Positions 30,538 to 41,012 of a stretch of DNA of 64,000 nt are shown here, in pieces. The position numbers were made by a program, and so were the translations under genes. The stretch is from a virus, in IMG/VR virus record IMGVR_UViG_3300024503_000332. One strand, written 5' to 3'. The stretch's first letter is position 1; every line of letters starts with the position of its first letter. Below the pieces are notes generated by a model, which had not been told where the DNA came from, searched no databases, and saw nothing but the letters and a program-made list of their open reading frames with translations.

Positions 30538-31215
30538 TCAGTCCCTTTTGACTCCGATAATCTGTAGTAGATTGATAAAGAGGTTGATGAAATCCATATA
30601 AAGAGTCAATGCTCCTAAGACTTCTTCACGGCCTGTATCTGAGTCTACACTGACCATTTCGCGGATTTGTTGTGTATCGTAGGCAGTTAAGCCTAAGAAG
30701 ATCACGATGGCCAATGCGGAGATCACCATCTGCATCACGGTGCTACCAATAAAGATGTTAACAATACTGGCAATACAAATGGCGATCAAACCAATAAACA
30801 TAAACTGACCGACACTTTCAAGGCTACGTTTAGTAAAATATCCATACCCGCTCATAGTTACGAATAAGATACTAGCACCAAAGAAAGCCGATACTACAGA
30901 ACCTAGCGTGAATACTGCGAAGAAGGCGCTGATACTCAGCCCCATCAACGCGGCAAACGCCATTAGGAATAACTGTAGCTGTGTCTTATTAAAGTTTTCC
31001 TGTGCAAAGGCAAACGCTAGAATAGCGACCAGTGGCAGGAAAATAGTTACATACTGCATAAAACCTGTGAAAAAGAATGATAACAGTGCAGGTGAGCTTG
31101 CGACTCCTGCAGCGGTCAACATACTGATAATCACAGCAGTGAGCATATTATTATAGACACGCAACATAGCTGAGTTAACGGCTGCTGCATCTCTATATGT
31201 ACTTGTTGCAAACAT
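30538..31215 (-). CDS. Bax inhibitor-1/YccA family membrane protein
   Basis: About 7 hydrophobic segments; GLTAYDTQ and ALTLYMDFINLF motifs. Confidence 0.9.
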   Translation of the reverse strand: MFATSTYRDAAAVNSAMLRVYNNMLTAVIISMLTAAGVASSPALLSFFFTGFMQYVTIFLPLVAILAFAFAQENFNKTQLQLFLMAFAALMGLSISAFFAVFTLGSVVSAFFGASILFVTMSGYGYFTKRSLESVGQFMFIGLIAICIASIVNIFIGSTVMQMVISALAIVIFLGLTAYDTQQIREMVSVDSDTGREEVLGALTLYMDFINLFINLLQIIGVKRD

Positions 31216-31229
31216 GATATCTCCTTAAG

Positions 31230-31898
31230 TTAATCACTAATAAAGTCTACACTCATTGGGAACACTTGGGCAATGACCTGAGCACACATTTGGGCGATTT
31301 CCCTGTGTTCTTTTTGGGTTCCATTGCCCGAACGCAGTTCGATGAAGTGTACCCAACTGCGAAGAGTCCCATTCATATATAGTCTGCTTTCGATCAAACC
31401 CTCTGGTAATACAGCGCGAGCTTGTTCTTTGGCTATGCCATTAGCGATAGCCCACTCGTATTCTCGTTTGGCTGCATAGATGACTCGTTGCTGAGCTCGG
31501 TACCATTCGTTTTGTAACAGTTGATCATCCACTTCGACGCTATTCTGTCTGTTTTTGTCGTCTTGAAGTCGTGCTTCTCTTGTAACAAAGTTAAGGTCTT
31601 TAGTTGGGTCAGCATAGCGTTGACTGAACTCTTGGAAGCTAAAGCTTCTGTGTCGCAGGATTTGTCTTGCGATGTCTCTGGTTGTTGTGATTTCGACACA
31701 GGCTGAGACCATTTCGAGTGGTGACCAGTGTTTGTGTTTGACCAAGTATCTGATGAGTTTTTCTGATGTCTCGGTGTTAAACTGATTGCTGGGATTGCTG
31801 ACACGGGCGCAATACGCAATGAGTTCCTGCGCATCTTCGATGCCCATGCCTGCAAACTCTGATGTTGGTTGTGAATAGGAGACCAAACGTACATTCAT
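31230..31898 (-). CDS. thyX: flavin-dependent thymidylate synthase
   Basis: HWSPLE, RHRSFSFQEFSQRY signature, AKEQARAVLP, TQKEH. Confidence 0.95.
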   Translation of the reverse strand: MNVRLVSYSQPTSEFAGMGIEDAQELIAYCARVSNPSNQFNTETSEKLIRYLVKHKHWSPLEMVSACVEITTTRDIARQILRHRSFSFQEFSQRYADPTKDLNFVTREARLQDDKNRQNSVEVDDQLLQNEWYRAQQRVIYAAKREYEWAIANGIAKEQARAVLPEGLIESRLYMNGTLRSWVHFIELRSGNGTQKEHREIAQMCAQVIAQVFPMSVDFISD

Positions 31899-32386
31899 TA
31901 CTTTTCCCTTAGTATGTCCATGATTTTTTCTTTTTCGATGATATCCCTCTCTAGTTCTTCGTATTGTCTACGAAGTTCCTTGAGCTGTTCCCACTTGGCC
32001 TCTAGCTGTGGGTTAGGATGAAGGATGGCTAGTCGGTCTTCGATATTTTTTAATGTTTCGAACAGACTGATATTGCCTTTTTTGATATCACAGTTATTGT
32101 CTAGATCGATACCCGCAGAAGTTATCTTGACATTAGCTTGGCTAGTGACACTATTGTTGATCCAGTTATAACTAGTTCCGGCCCCACCGCTACCTCCACC
32201 TGTTATAGTGTAGCCTGTGGCTGAACCGAGAGCACCATAACCACCGCTACCTACGGGTAGTGTAACAGTGGTCGTGGAAGGCACAGTAATGGAACCAGTA
32301 GTATAGCCAGTTCCATTAATAGTAATAGTGTCTGTACCGAGATAAGAACCAGTCATGGAATCATAACTGACGGTATCATCAGCCAT
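31898..32386 (-). CDS. hypothetical protein (Gly/Thr-rich N-terminus, coiled-coil C-terminus)
   Basis: Probable start MADDTV at 32386, right after the stop of the Hc1-like gene. Confidence 0.65.
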   Translation of the reverse strand: MADDTVSYDSMTGSYLGTDTITINGTGYTTGSITVPSTTTVTLPVGSGGYGALGSATGYTITGGGSGGAGTSYNWINNSVTSQANVKITSAGIDLDNNCDIKKGNISLFETLKNIEDRLAILHPNPQLEAKWEQLKELRRQYEELERDIIEKEKIMDILREK

Positions 32387-32387
32387 C

Positions 32388-32582
32388 TTAGGCGGCCTTG
32401 GCTTCTTTGCGGGCGTTCTTTTCTTCTGTGATTTCATTGCGGCGAGCCTTAACTGCTTTGCCAACTTCTTGAAGTGCTTTACGAGCACGAGTACCTGCTG
32501 CATTATTGCCTGCTGCGAACTTAGCATCCTCTGCTAAAAATGCTTCGAATGCTTGTTTGAGTTGTTCTACTGTGTTTGACAT
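32388..32582 (-). CDS. histone H1-like (Hc1-type) protein
   Basis: KFAAGNNAAGTRARKAL...K..R.EI motif. Confidence 0.75.
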   Translation of the reverse strand: MSNTVEQLKQAFEAFLAEDAKFAAGNNAAGTRARKALQEVGKAVKARRNEITEEKNARKEAKAA

Positions 32583-32624
32583 AATAAATCCTTATAGTTA
32601 TGTGTCTCTATATATCTTAGAGAT

Positions 32625-32738
32625 TGGTGTGGTCGGTAGGATTCGAACCTACAAAGGCTGTGACTAAGTCGGCGCCCCGGTCCCGAGCATCGTTTCCCAA
32701 CGAGCTGGAGGTCTACCATTATTTCCACTCACGACCAC
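32625..32738 (-). ncRNA. 114-nt tRNA-like RNA with aberrant anticodon arm
   Basis: Acceptor GTGGTCG/CGACCAC + ACCA; T arm GTAGG-TTCGAAT-CCTAC; D loop with GG; no 7-nt anticodon loop. Confidence 0.75.
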
Positions 32739-32744
32739 ATGTAC

Positions 32745-32773
32745 ATTATATAACCTTGTTCTACAGTCTGCAA
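32745..32773 (-). promoter_or_regulatory. sigma70-type promoter of the tRNA-like RNA
   Basis: TTGCAG-17nt-TATAAT, ending 6 nt before G1. Confidence 0.7.
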
Positions 32774-32792
32774 CCTTTTATGGCTTAAATAT

Positions 32793-33782
32793 GTGCAGTT
32801 TATGACACAAGACTTTCAAAATATACCATTCCAAAATATCGTTCGATTTGGACAAAGACCAATGCTGGAAAGCCCTTTGTTCTCTGTGAGTTGGATCCTG
32901 GGTAGGTTCTGCAACTACAACTGTAGTTATTGCTGGCCTTATGCTAGGTCAGACAAACTAGACTATCAAGATCTAGATGTATATAAAAGGACAGTAGATC
33001 AAATAAAAGAGCAGGCCAAACGAAACGGTTTTGATCAGTTTCATTGGAGTTTTAGCGGCGGTGAACCTACAGCCTACAAACATTTGAACGATCTTATTAA
33101 ACACCTTGATGAAAAAGAAAGTTCCTATCAAAGTGTGCATATGACTACAAACCTAAGTCCAGGATCGAAATGGTGGAACACATGGTGCAATAATACAGCC
33201 ATGTTACAGCGCAGAAGTATCACGGCCAGCTATCACGAAGAGTTCGCTAAAGAACAAGAGTTTGGAGACAAGTGTCTGCAACTATTAAATGAGTATGTAC
33301 ACGTCACTATTAATCAGGTGATGGTTCCTGAGAGATTTTACGATCTCTACGAACGTTGCCAAAGATTCTATAAAAGGGGAATCAATGTTACACTCAAACC
33401 GCAGAGCGATCCTACTGCGAGTTTTGTTGTAGAAGGTTACACTGAAGAAATGATCAATCTTATGCAAACTGGTTTCCCTCAAGAATCTTTTGGAGAAGAA
33501 CTGTATCAGATAGCTTTGTATGATCAAGAAGGTCGAGAATATCTTTTCGATCAGGCAGAAAGATTTAACAGCTACGGATTTAATAACTTCAAAGGATGGA
33601 CTTGTAATAGTGGATATCAAAGTGTTATAATAAGAAGTAATGAAGTTAAGAGGAGTTATAGTTGTCATGATGTTCCATTGGGAACACTCACGGACGGATT
33701 TGAGTTATTTAAAAATCCACAGATATGTGTAACCCCTAGTTGTGTTAGTTCAGCAGACAGCAAGATACCAAAATACAAATGA
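32793..33782 (+). CDS. radical SAM protein
   Basis: CNYNCSYC, SGGEPT, C-terminal Cys cluster. Confidence 0.9.
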   Translation: MQFMTQDFQNIPFQNIVRFGQRPMLESPLFSVSWILGRFCNYNCSYCWPYARSDKLDYQDLDVYKRTVDQIKEQAKRNGFDQFHWSFSGGEPTAYKHLNDLIKHLDEKESSYQSVHMTTNLSPGSKWWNTWCNNTAMLQRRSITASYHEEFAKEQEFGDKCLQLLNEYVHVTINQVMVPERFYDLYERCQRFYKRGINVTLKPQSDPTASFVVEGYTEEMINLMQTGFPQESFGEELYQIALYDQEGREYLFDQAERFNSYGFNNFKGWTCNSGYQSVIIRSNEVKRSYSCHDVPLGTLTDGFELFKNPQICVTPSCVSSADSKIPKYK

Positions 33783-34399
33783 AAATAGATCTAGAACATC
33801 TCCACTATTGGATGCAGGCCATCCGCGAAAGCAAAGATCATATGCGGACATTAGATGCCTTTTGGCGTGGACAACTACGCAGCAAAGAGTGGCTAGTCGA
33901 TACACTGGTGTATCACATCTATCCAGAACGTAACAAGGTATTGGACTTCCCGGTGTCGGTGGATGTACACGGTGGTTGGGTAGGTGTACTATCTAGTATG
34001 CTGTTTCAAAGTGCCATTCCTATCAAACATATCCGTAGCATCGACATAGATCCGGAATGCGAAGATGTGGCAAGAGTAATGAACAAAGGTGAAGAAGTAG
34101 TTGGAAAGTTCAGTGCCATTACCGCAGATATGTGTGACATAGTCAGTGAAGCTGATATAGTCATTAACACCAGCTGTGAACATATTACACAATCACAATA
34201 TGATTCTTGGTTAGAAGGGCTACGTGACGATAGCATAATAGTATTACAGAGCAATAACTATAGACTTCCTGAACATATCAGGCACGCAGACAGCCTAGAA
34301 CATTTTAAAGAACAATCACACATCGCCGTAGAATGGGCCGGCGAAATAGATTTGCCCTTGTATAAGCGTTTTATGATTATAGGAAAGAAACATGTATGA
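33779..34399 (+). CDS. class I SAM-dependent methyltransferase-like protein
   Basis: VHGGWVG, SIDID, ADM, VINTSCEH. Confidence 0.7.
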   Translation: MKIDLEHLHYWMQAIRESKDHMRTLDAFWRGQLRSKEWLVDTLVYHIYPERNKVLDFPVSVDVHGGWVGVLSSMLFQSAIPIKHIRSIDIDPECEDVARVMNKGEEVVGKFSAITADMCDIVSEADIVINTSCEHITQSQYDSWLEGLRDDSIIVLQSNNYRLPEHIRHADSLEHFKEQSHIAVEWAGEIDLPLYKRFMIIGKKHV

Positions 34400-35381
34400 T
34401 TATAAAGATATAAGAAACATACATCTTGAAGTAACATCAAAATGCCAAGCAAGATGCCCTATGTGTCCTAGAAGGCTTGCCGGCGGCCCGATGCAGCCCT
34501 TTGTTGAACTGGCCGAAATAGATCTCGACACATTTAAAAAATGGTTTCCTATAGATTTTATCAAGCAGTTAGGCCATCTAAACATGTGCGGCAATCTAGG
34601 TGATCCTATCATAGCTAAAGATACACTAGAGATTTTTAGATACCTTCGTGAAGTTAATCCCAATATTGGTTTACAGATGCATACTAACGGCAGCGCAAGG
34701 TCTGAGAAATGGTGGCGTGAGCTTGCAGGCTTAGAAGTATTCGTGGTATTCGGCATTGACGGTCTAGCAGATACACACTCTATATACAGAATAGATACTG
34801 ACTGGGATAGGATCATAACCAATGCAAAGATCTTTATTGAGAATGGAGGTTCTGCAAGATGGGATATGATCGTTTTTTCTCATAACGAACATCAAGTAGA
34901 TGCCTGTAAAGAGTTGAGTCAACAACTAGGGTTTAAAGATTTTACGGTAAAGCACACTAGTCGTTTCAAAGATGGCGAGTTTCCAGTGCTAGACGACCGA
35001 GGAAAAAAGATATACACTCTTTATCCTACATCAAAGAGTGAATCAATGATACCTAAGATAAAATCTTCTATAAAGGAAGAGCTACCCACTATAAGCTGCA
35101 AGGCTAAATCAGATAGTATGCTTTATATCAGCGCCACTGGAAACGTCACACCTTGCTGTTGGTTGGATCTAGAATGGGTTCCTCCGACTAGTTTTTCTAG
35201 GATAGACTACTTAGATAAGATAGATGTATTTCCTAATCTCAATGATCAAAGTCTGCAGGAAATATTCGACAGTGATTATTTCAACAAAATAGAACGCACC
35301 TGGAATACATGTGGACTAAAAGAGTGTGGAAAGCAATGCGGCTCATTTGATAGACAAAAGGCACAGTACGTAAATGAATAG
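34392..35381 (+). CDS. radical SAM/SPASM protein
   Basis: CQARCPMC, GNLGDP, C-terminal C..PCC..C...C. Confidence 0.9.
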   Translation: MYDYKDIRNIHLEVTSKCQARCPMCPRRLAGGPMQPFVELAEIDLDTFKKWFPIDFIKQLGHLNMCGNLGDPIIAKDTLEIFRYLREVNPNIGLQMHTNGSARSEKWWRELAGLEVFVVFGIDGLADTHSIYRIDTDWDRIITNAKIFIENGGSARWDMIVFSHNEHQVDACKELSQQLGFKDFTVKHTSRFKDGEFPVLDDRGKKIYTLYPTSKSESMIPKIKSSIKEELPTISCKAKSDSMLYISATGNVTPCCWLDLEWVPPTSFSRIDYLDKIDVFPNLNDQSLQEIFDSDYFNKIERTWNTCGLKECGKQCGSFDRQKAQYVNE

Positions 35382-36672
35382 TTCTACATTCTGTCCTTTA
35401 CCATGGATACATCTAGCAACAAGACCCAACGGTGATGTGCGAGTATGCTGTACCGCCAACGCCAGTGGTGCAGGTCCTGATGACGTGAAAGATGCAGGTT
35501 TGGTTAAGAGAGATGGTAGGGTGATGAATCTGAGAGATAATACTATAGAAGAAGTATGGAACTCAGATTATATGAAATCTATTAGACTTAAGATGCTGGA
35601 TGGCGGCATTCCTAGTAGTTGTACAAAATGTTTCGAAGAAGAATCTAACGGTATTATTAGCAAACGTGTATGGGAAACTATAGTTTGGAAGGATCGTATA
35701 GATATACAGTCAGTAGTCGATAAAACATCAACGGATGGAAGTCTTCCTGTTGACATTCCTTACTTTGATCTTAGGCTAGGAAATCTTTGCCAACTAAAAT
35801 GTGTTATGTGTAGTCCACATGATAGCAGCAGTTGGATTAAAGATTGGAAACAACAGTATCCTAAGTACAAGACTTTTGAACTGAAACAAGATCAGGACTG
35901 GGATCGAAGCTTTGATTATACATGGTATCAGAAAGGTAGCTTCCTTGATACGATGAAATCACAAGCTCACAATATCAAGGAGCTCTATTTTGCAGGTGGC
36001 GAACCTTTACTAATCCCAGAACACTATAAAATATTAGAGTTTATGGTCGATTCGGGTAATGCTAAAAACTGTATCCTTAGATACAACAGCAACGGATTAG
36101 AGCTGCCTAGTAAGCTATTTGATCTATGGAAGCATTTTAAACAGGTAAAGTTTAATTTTAGTATTGATGCTTTAGGCGAACAAAATGATTATATACGTTA
36201 TCCTAGCAAGTGGGCTGATGTAGAAAAGAATATAAGACTTTTAGATCAAACCGACGATAACATTGTTGTTAACATAGCCTGTGCAGTACAACTATTAAAT
36301 GTTCTATATCTTCCAGATCTGGCTATGTGGAAAAAAGAATCTAACTTCCGTAAAATAAACCTAGCACCATTTGGCGGAGGACTCATAGGACTACATATGG
36401 TATACCTTCCAAGCTATCTTAATATAAAAGTTCTACCAATGGAAATTAAAGAGTTAGCTAAACAACGGATAGAAACATTTTTAGATCATCACCAAAGTTT
36501 AGAGTTCTTGGTCGGACCTACTGGTCGCAAACGGTGGGAAGGAATAATTAGTTACATGATGTCTGAGGATTGGTCAGATAAACTAACCTCTACAGTAGAA
36601 TATTTAGAAGTCTGCGACAGTACTCGCGGTACAGATTTTAGAAAGATATTTCCGGAGTTGAGAAGTCTATAA
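35374..36672 (+). CDS. radical SAM protein with N-terminal twitch/SPASM-like domain
   Basis: FCPLPW..VCC..CTKC, then CQLKCVMC and AGGEP. Confidence 0.9.
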   Translation: MNSSTFCPLPWIHLATRPNGDVRVCCTANASGAGPDDVKDAGLVKRDGRVMNLRDNTIEEVWNSDYMKSIRLKMLDGGIPSSCTKCFEEESNGIISKRVWETIVWKDRIDIQSVVDKTSTDGSLPVDIPYFDLRLGNLCQLKCVMCSPHDSSSWIKDWKQQYPKYKTFELKQDQDWDRSFDYTWYQKGSFLDTMKSQAHNIKELYFAGGEPLLIPEHYKILEFMVDSGNAKNCILRYNSNGLELPSKLFDLWKHFKQVKFNFSIDALGEQNDYIRYPSKWADVEKNIRLLDQTDDNIVVNIACAVQLLNVLYLPDLAMWKKESNFRKINLAPFGGGLIGLHMVYLPSYLNIKVLPMEIKELAKQRIETFLDHHQSLEFLVGPTGRKRWEGIISYMMSEDWSDKLTSTVEYLEVCDSTRGTDFRKIFPELRSL

Positions 36673-37328
36673 TGACACAAGAAGAACTAGAAAGAGCAGC
36701 ACTTTGGTATAGTTTAGTCAATCTAGGTGCCGTGGTTAAAACTAAATGGCGCTTAGATCCCCACGGAGTTGAGCAACAGATATCAAAGTTCAAAGATAAC
36801 TGGTGTCCTTATAATGCAAAAAAAGACACAGTAAACAATCGTTGGGGTTTGCCAGTAACAAGTCAAACAGGTGAAGTTATGGATAACTTCCATCTTAATA
36901 GTTTTGGTTACATGCAAAGGTACCATGATTCTTCTCTAAAGGAATCTGACTTTACCACACCGACTGATGTTTATCATTCGGTCCCTGATATTAAAAATCT
37001 AGTTGATGTTTTTAGACCAGACATTGGAAGAGTGCATCTTTTACGTGTTGACAAGGGAGGTTTCTTTCCGCCGCACAGAGACTTCCACGGTGTTAGCCCA
37101 GAGTACTTTAGATTGATTGCTGTGTTTGGTAGATGCAGTCCAGAGAACTATGTACAGATGATAGACGGTCGACCTGTGTATCTAGAACCTGGTTGGTTAT
37201 ATTTTGTAAACTTCCAACTTGATCATAGCGTGTTTAGCTTTAGTGATAATCTGTATTCATTGATACTTACAGTCAAACTCAATGAACGGACTCACGAGTT
37301 AATAATGAATAACACAATGTCAGAATGA
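36672..37328 (+). CDS. 2OG-Fe(II) oxygenase (Asp/Asn beta-hydroxylase-like)
   Basis: PPHRD...HSV facial triad. Confidence 0.75.
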   Translation: MTQEELERAALWYSLVNLGAVVKTKWRLDPHGVEQQISKFKDNWCPYNAKKDTVNNRWGLPVTSQTGEVMDNFHLNSFGYMQRYHDSSLKESDFTTPTDVYHSVPDIKNLVDVFRPDIGRVHLLRVDKGGFFPPHRDFHGVSPEYFRLIAVFGRCSPENYVQMIDGRPVYLEPGWLYFVNFQLDHSVFSFSDNLYSLILTVKLNERTHELIMNNTMSE

Positions 37329-38239
37329 AACTGCTATATCAAAATCCCTCTAAAGAAGATTGGTTTCTTGTAGCATGGACACTGTCGAATAAATGCAACT
37401 ATAGATGCGATTATTGTCCTAGTTTTCTGCATGACGGTAGCACTGGTCATCCTAAATGGGAAACGGTAAAACATTTTATAGAAAACTTCAAGGTAGACAA
37501 AAAAGATATCTGCTACCGTATCAGCGGAGGAGAACCTACCTATTGGAAGCACTTCATTGATATGGCCAGACTGATCAAACAGCAAGGTCACTATTTTAGC
37601 TTTCTAAGCAATGGTAGCCAGTCAGTAGAATATTACAAAGAAATAAGCAGATACAGCGATGGGATTATGTTGAGTTTTCATGAAAAATATTCTGACCCAG
37701 ATCATTTCATAAACATCGCCAATGCTGTAGAGTGTCCTGTTGTAGTTAATCTAATGCTAGTCAAGGATAAGTTTGACGAACTAATAAAGATAGCAGAACA
37801 CCTATATAACAATACTTCTAGCCTGGCTGTGTGGCCAAAAGTTGTATTGGACAAAACATCAGTAGATTATGTTACTAATGATGTCAGTGATTATGATCAG
37901 AATCAAAAAAACATAATCAAACAATGGCCTTATTTTAGAAAGATCAACGACGATAAAATCCATCGAGGAGAGCTAATGCTTGATGGTAACAAAATCACAG
38001 GTAATGATATAATAATCAAGGGATTGAACAATCACCAAGGCTGGCAATGTTGGGGAGGTCTTCATATGATCAGTATCGACATGTGGGGAGACATTTATAG
38101 ATCCGAATGCCGGCAAGGCGGCAAACTAGGAACCTTAGAGCAATATCAAATGCCTACAGAAGTGTTAACGTGCGGAGCTACTAGATGTAGCTGTCTTAGC
38201 GACATTTATCTTAGAAAAGAATCCAAAGACATAATATAA
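37325..38239 (+). CDS. radical SAM protein
   Basis: CNYRCDYC, SGGEPT, C-terminal Cys cluster. Confidence 0.9.
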   Translation: MKLLYQNPSKEDWFLVAWTLSNKCNYRCDYCPSFLHDGSTGHPKWETVKHFIENFKVDKKDICYRISGGEPTYWKHFIDMARLIKQQGHYFSFLSNGSQSVEYYKEISRYSDGIMLSFHEKYSDPDHFINIANAVECPVVVNLMLVKDKFDELIKIAEHLYNNTSSLAVWPKVVLDKTSVDYVTNDVSDYDQNQKNIIKQWPYFRKINDDKIHRGELMLDGNKITGNDIIIKGLNNHQGWQCWGGLHMISIDMWGDIYRSECRQGGKLGTLEQYQMPTEVLTCGATRCSCLSDIYLRKESKDII

Positions 38240-39336
38240 CTTTCTTTGTCTTTGAAACTGTAGGCCATAGTCTTGACGATTCCCTCGTGTTTTATAGGCC
38301 TACCTAAAAGATAATCACTGCAATATTCTTTAGCTATTATTTCACCATCAGTATCTATCAACAATATAGGGCAGCTTGGAGTTCCGGTGGGAAGAAACAT
38401 GGCCTTACCTTGATAGTTGATTCCTGATCTAAATCGATATTTTCCACCAAAGTTGATTCCTATATCAAAAGTTTTATATTTCTTAGTTTCTACATCAAAT
38501 ATTAAACCTAGATTACTGTCATGTTGATGTTCGTCGCCGTATGGCAATGCGATTATAGAACTATCAACCAATACACCTGTATTAAACTTTTTTGCAAAGT
38601 CTGGTATATCTAGTTCGTGTAGCTTATAGGTTTCTGTAAATGTATCAAACTCGATGATCTCTGTAATGCCAGGTTCTTCTCCGTAGGGCAGACAAAAAAG
38701 GCTGTTACCGTAAACTATGATATCTGTGTATTTCCTAGTGACATTAGGGTTCTTGATCTTAATATCATATCTAGTTATTTCATACCCATCAAATCTGACT
38801 AGATCACAATACCCAGGAGTATCACCTCTGGGCGCACTCCAATAGCTACCATTGCAATATACGGTGCCCATATGAAGCTTAGTATGATTCTTTTTATCAA
38901 AGTCTATGGTATGCACTTTATCATTCTCTATGTAGATTCCATAGCCAGTGTCTTCGTACCCTAAAGGAAAACTGAACGCGGTATTACCGTTAGTGGCCAT
39001 TCCATAGAACTGCCCCTTGCCTGGTCTATCTATATTGTGATAAATCGCTTCTCCGTTTTTTATTTGGACGATGACGTTGAAGTCGTCCCATATCCCATAG
39101 GGAATGAACCACACGCTATCTCCGATGCTGGCCACAGCATTAAACTTACTAGTAGCCGAAGGCAATGTAAGATTTATGAATGATATATCATCATTATACA
39201 TAAACATCGCTTTACTATAATCTTTGCATTTCTCAGTGGCAAACGGAGGGCTGACCAACACACCGTTATGATTATGTAGTAGAAGATGCTTGATAGGTTC
39301 TTCGTGATAAAAATCTTGAAAGGCCTTATATGACAT
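38206..39336 (-). CDS. beta-propeller (kelch-like) repeat protein
   Basis: Recurrent (F/L)..PYG/PRG units every ~50 aa. Confidence 0.6.
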   Translation of the reverse strand: MSYKAFQDFYHEEPIKHLLLHNHNGVLVSPPFATEKCKDYSKAMFMYNDDISFINLTLPSATSKFNAVASIGDSVWFIPYGIWDDFNVIVQIKNGEAIYHNIDRPGKGQFYGMATNGNTAFSFPLGYEDTGYGIYIENDKVHTIDFDKKNHTKLHMGTVYCNGSYWSAPRGDTPGYCDLVRFDGYEITRYDIKIKNPNVTRKYTDIIVYGNSLFCLPYGEEPGITEIIEFDTFTETYKLHELDIPDFAKKFNTGVLVDSSIIALPYGDEHQHDSNLGLIFDVETKKYKTFDIGINFGGKYRFRSGINYQGKAMFLPTGTPSCPILLIDTDGEIIAKEYCSDYLLGRPIKHEGIVKTMAYSFKDKESYIMSLDSFLR

Positions 39337-40549
39337 TTAGATCTATTTCCTTGATTACTTTTTCTTGTATCGTGTCAAATACTAAAACTGTTTGAAACTC
39401 TTTGCTCTGCCCATAAGGGAAGGTGAATATTTTATCATCTAATATTACACTGGCATTAAATTTTTCTATAGTAGTCGTATCGGTGAAATGATCACTGATA
39501 TCTACAGTATAATGGCTGTCATCTTTAGTATCAATAACTAATACTTCTGCAAGGTCTCCGTTTCTTTTCCAACTATCTCTGGGTTCACAGACACATCCGC
39601 CTCTGGGGATGTAGTAGATCTTACCCTGGCTATTTTCCCAACCGGTAAAATATTTTTTGCTTTCTTTTCCTAGTCCTAATGATATAGTTTTCCAAGTGTC
39701 GTCGTTGGAGTTTATAACTAACAGATCACTCCAGTCGTCCTCATGACCTGCAGGCGGGCAATAGATTTTTCCATTACGTGCTGTAGTATGGCTGTAATAT
39801 TTTCTTGAAGTTTCTTTTAGCCCAGTTCTTTCATAATGCCAGTTAGTGTCGAATCTTAACATAATATCGAACTCTGGATTTTCACTATACGGTGGAGCAT
39901 AGAGTTTATTATTAGCTTTGGCTAATGTAGTAAACTTTTTATTTGTGTAAGACTGTTGATCATAATCCTGCCACAGGAAAGATAGATCATATAACTCATA
40001 TTCCAATGTGTCACAGTCTAAACGCACAGCATACGGAAAATAGTTTTCCAACCATCTTTCACCCCGAGGCACAGCATATATCTTTCCGTTGAGATATTGA
40101 CTAGTGTGCCATTTCTTTTGATCGTTGGGATTACAGATTATGTTTTTGAATCGAAGATCACCGGTATCAACATCAAAGGAAACAGCAAAGTTGAAGTTGT
40201 TGTTTTCTCCATATGGCAACGCCAATACCTTTCCTTCGTGTAGATGAGAACATATATATTTTCCTTTAGAATCAAAGGGAAGTTCTACATAGGATACAGT
40301 ATCGTGATCCGTGTCTACGATTAATATATTCCTTTCATTGTAAGGAAGAAAGACTATTTTGTTTTTATAGGCGACACCGAACTGCCATTTTTCAAAACTT
40401 CCATCTACTTTCAAAGGTATTTTTGTTACCTCGTAAGTGATAGGATTTACTTTGATCATATAGTCAATAACTTCGTTCAACCCGTAAGGAGGAACGTAGA
40501 TCATTCCGTTATTACCTACGGTTGGAAAACTAAAAGCCTGCGGGGTCAT
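39326..40549 (-). CDS. beta-propeller (kelch-like) repeat protein
   Basis: Recurrent NGKIY..P(Y/R)G units; paralogue of its neighbour. Confidence 0.6.
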   Translation of the reverse strand: MTPQAFSFPTVGNNGMIYVPPYGLNEVIDYMIKVNPITYEVTKIPLKVDGSFEKWQFGVAYKNKIVFLPYNERNILIVDTDHDTVSYVELPFDSKGKYICSHLHEGKVLALPYGENNNFNFAVSFDVDTGDLRFKNIICNPNDQKKWHTSQYLNGKIYAVPRGERWLENYFPYAVRLDCDTLEYELYDLSFLWQDYDQQSYTNKKFTTLAKANNKLYAPPYSENPEFDIMLRFDTNWHYERTGLKETSRKYYSHTTARNGKIYCPPAGHEDDWSDLLVINSNDDTWKTISLGLGKESKKYFTGWENSQGKIYYIPRGGCVCEPRDSWKRNGDLAEVLVIDTKDDSHYTVDISDHFTDTTTIEKFNASVILDDKIFTFPYGQSKEFQTVLVFDTIQEKVIKEIDLNVI

Positions 40550-41012
40550 AACCTATTACCTTGTAAAATCTATCACCAAATGCAGAGTGTAGATCTCTAT
40601 GCATCTTATCTAAACTTAGTTCTTCTGCATACATTCCTACATTGTCCCAATCACAAAAATGTAGTTGATCACCTTCTATGTAGATATTACTTAACACCCA
40701 ATCGCCATGAGAGTAAGGTGCTGTTTCTTTTATATTTTTCAAACATCCTTCGTAGACAAACAACATAAACTCGTCTGTATGTTCTCTGAGGTTAGCAGGA
40801 AAACCTTTTAGTTGTTTGAACACAGCCCAAGCACCTTTTAAATCAGTTCCGTGGTCTAATACATAACCGGGCATGATCTTGTTTAAGATTTCTACGTGTC
40901 TGTATATCCAATAGAGATCTTTATCGTACCAATACTTTTTATAGTTTCCATCGTCGAGTTTATATACTGCTCGATGTTTGTCTTTATTTTCTTTAATTAA
41001 TTCCATATGCAT
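40530..41012 (-). CDS. small kinase-like (APH/choline kinase fold) protein
   Basis: HGDWVLSNI...FCDWD catalytic and metal-binding motifs. Confidence 0.65.
   Translation of the reverse strand: MHMELIKENKDKHRAVYKLDDGNYKKYWYDKDLYWIYRHVEILNKIMPGYVLDHGTDLKGAWAVFKQLKGFPANLREHTDEFMLFVYEGCLKNIKETAPYSHGDWVLSNIYIEGDQLHFCDWDNVGMYAEELSLDKMHRDLHSAFGDRFYKVIGYDPAGF

Noticed and set aside
31898-32527. 209-aa ORF overlapping the Hc1-like gene
   Set aside because: The first 47 codons overlap the Hc1-like gene in another frame; the ATG at 32386 is the parsimonious start.
32625-32738. tRNA-Sec or tmRNA
   Set aside because: No UCA anticodon, a 7-bp acceptor stem, no G3-U70 pair and no tag ORF.
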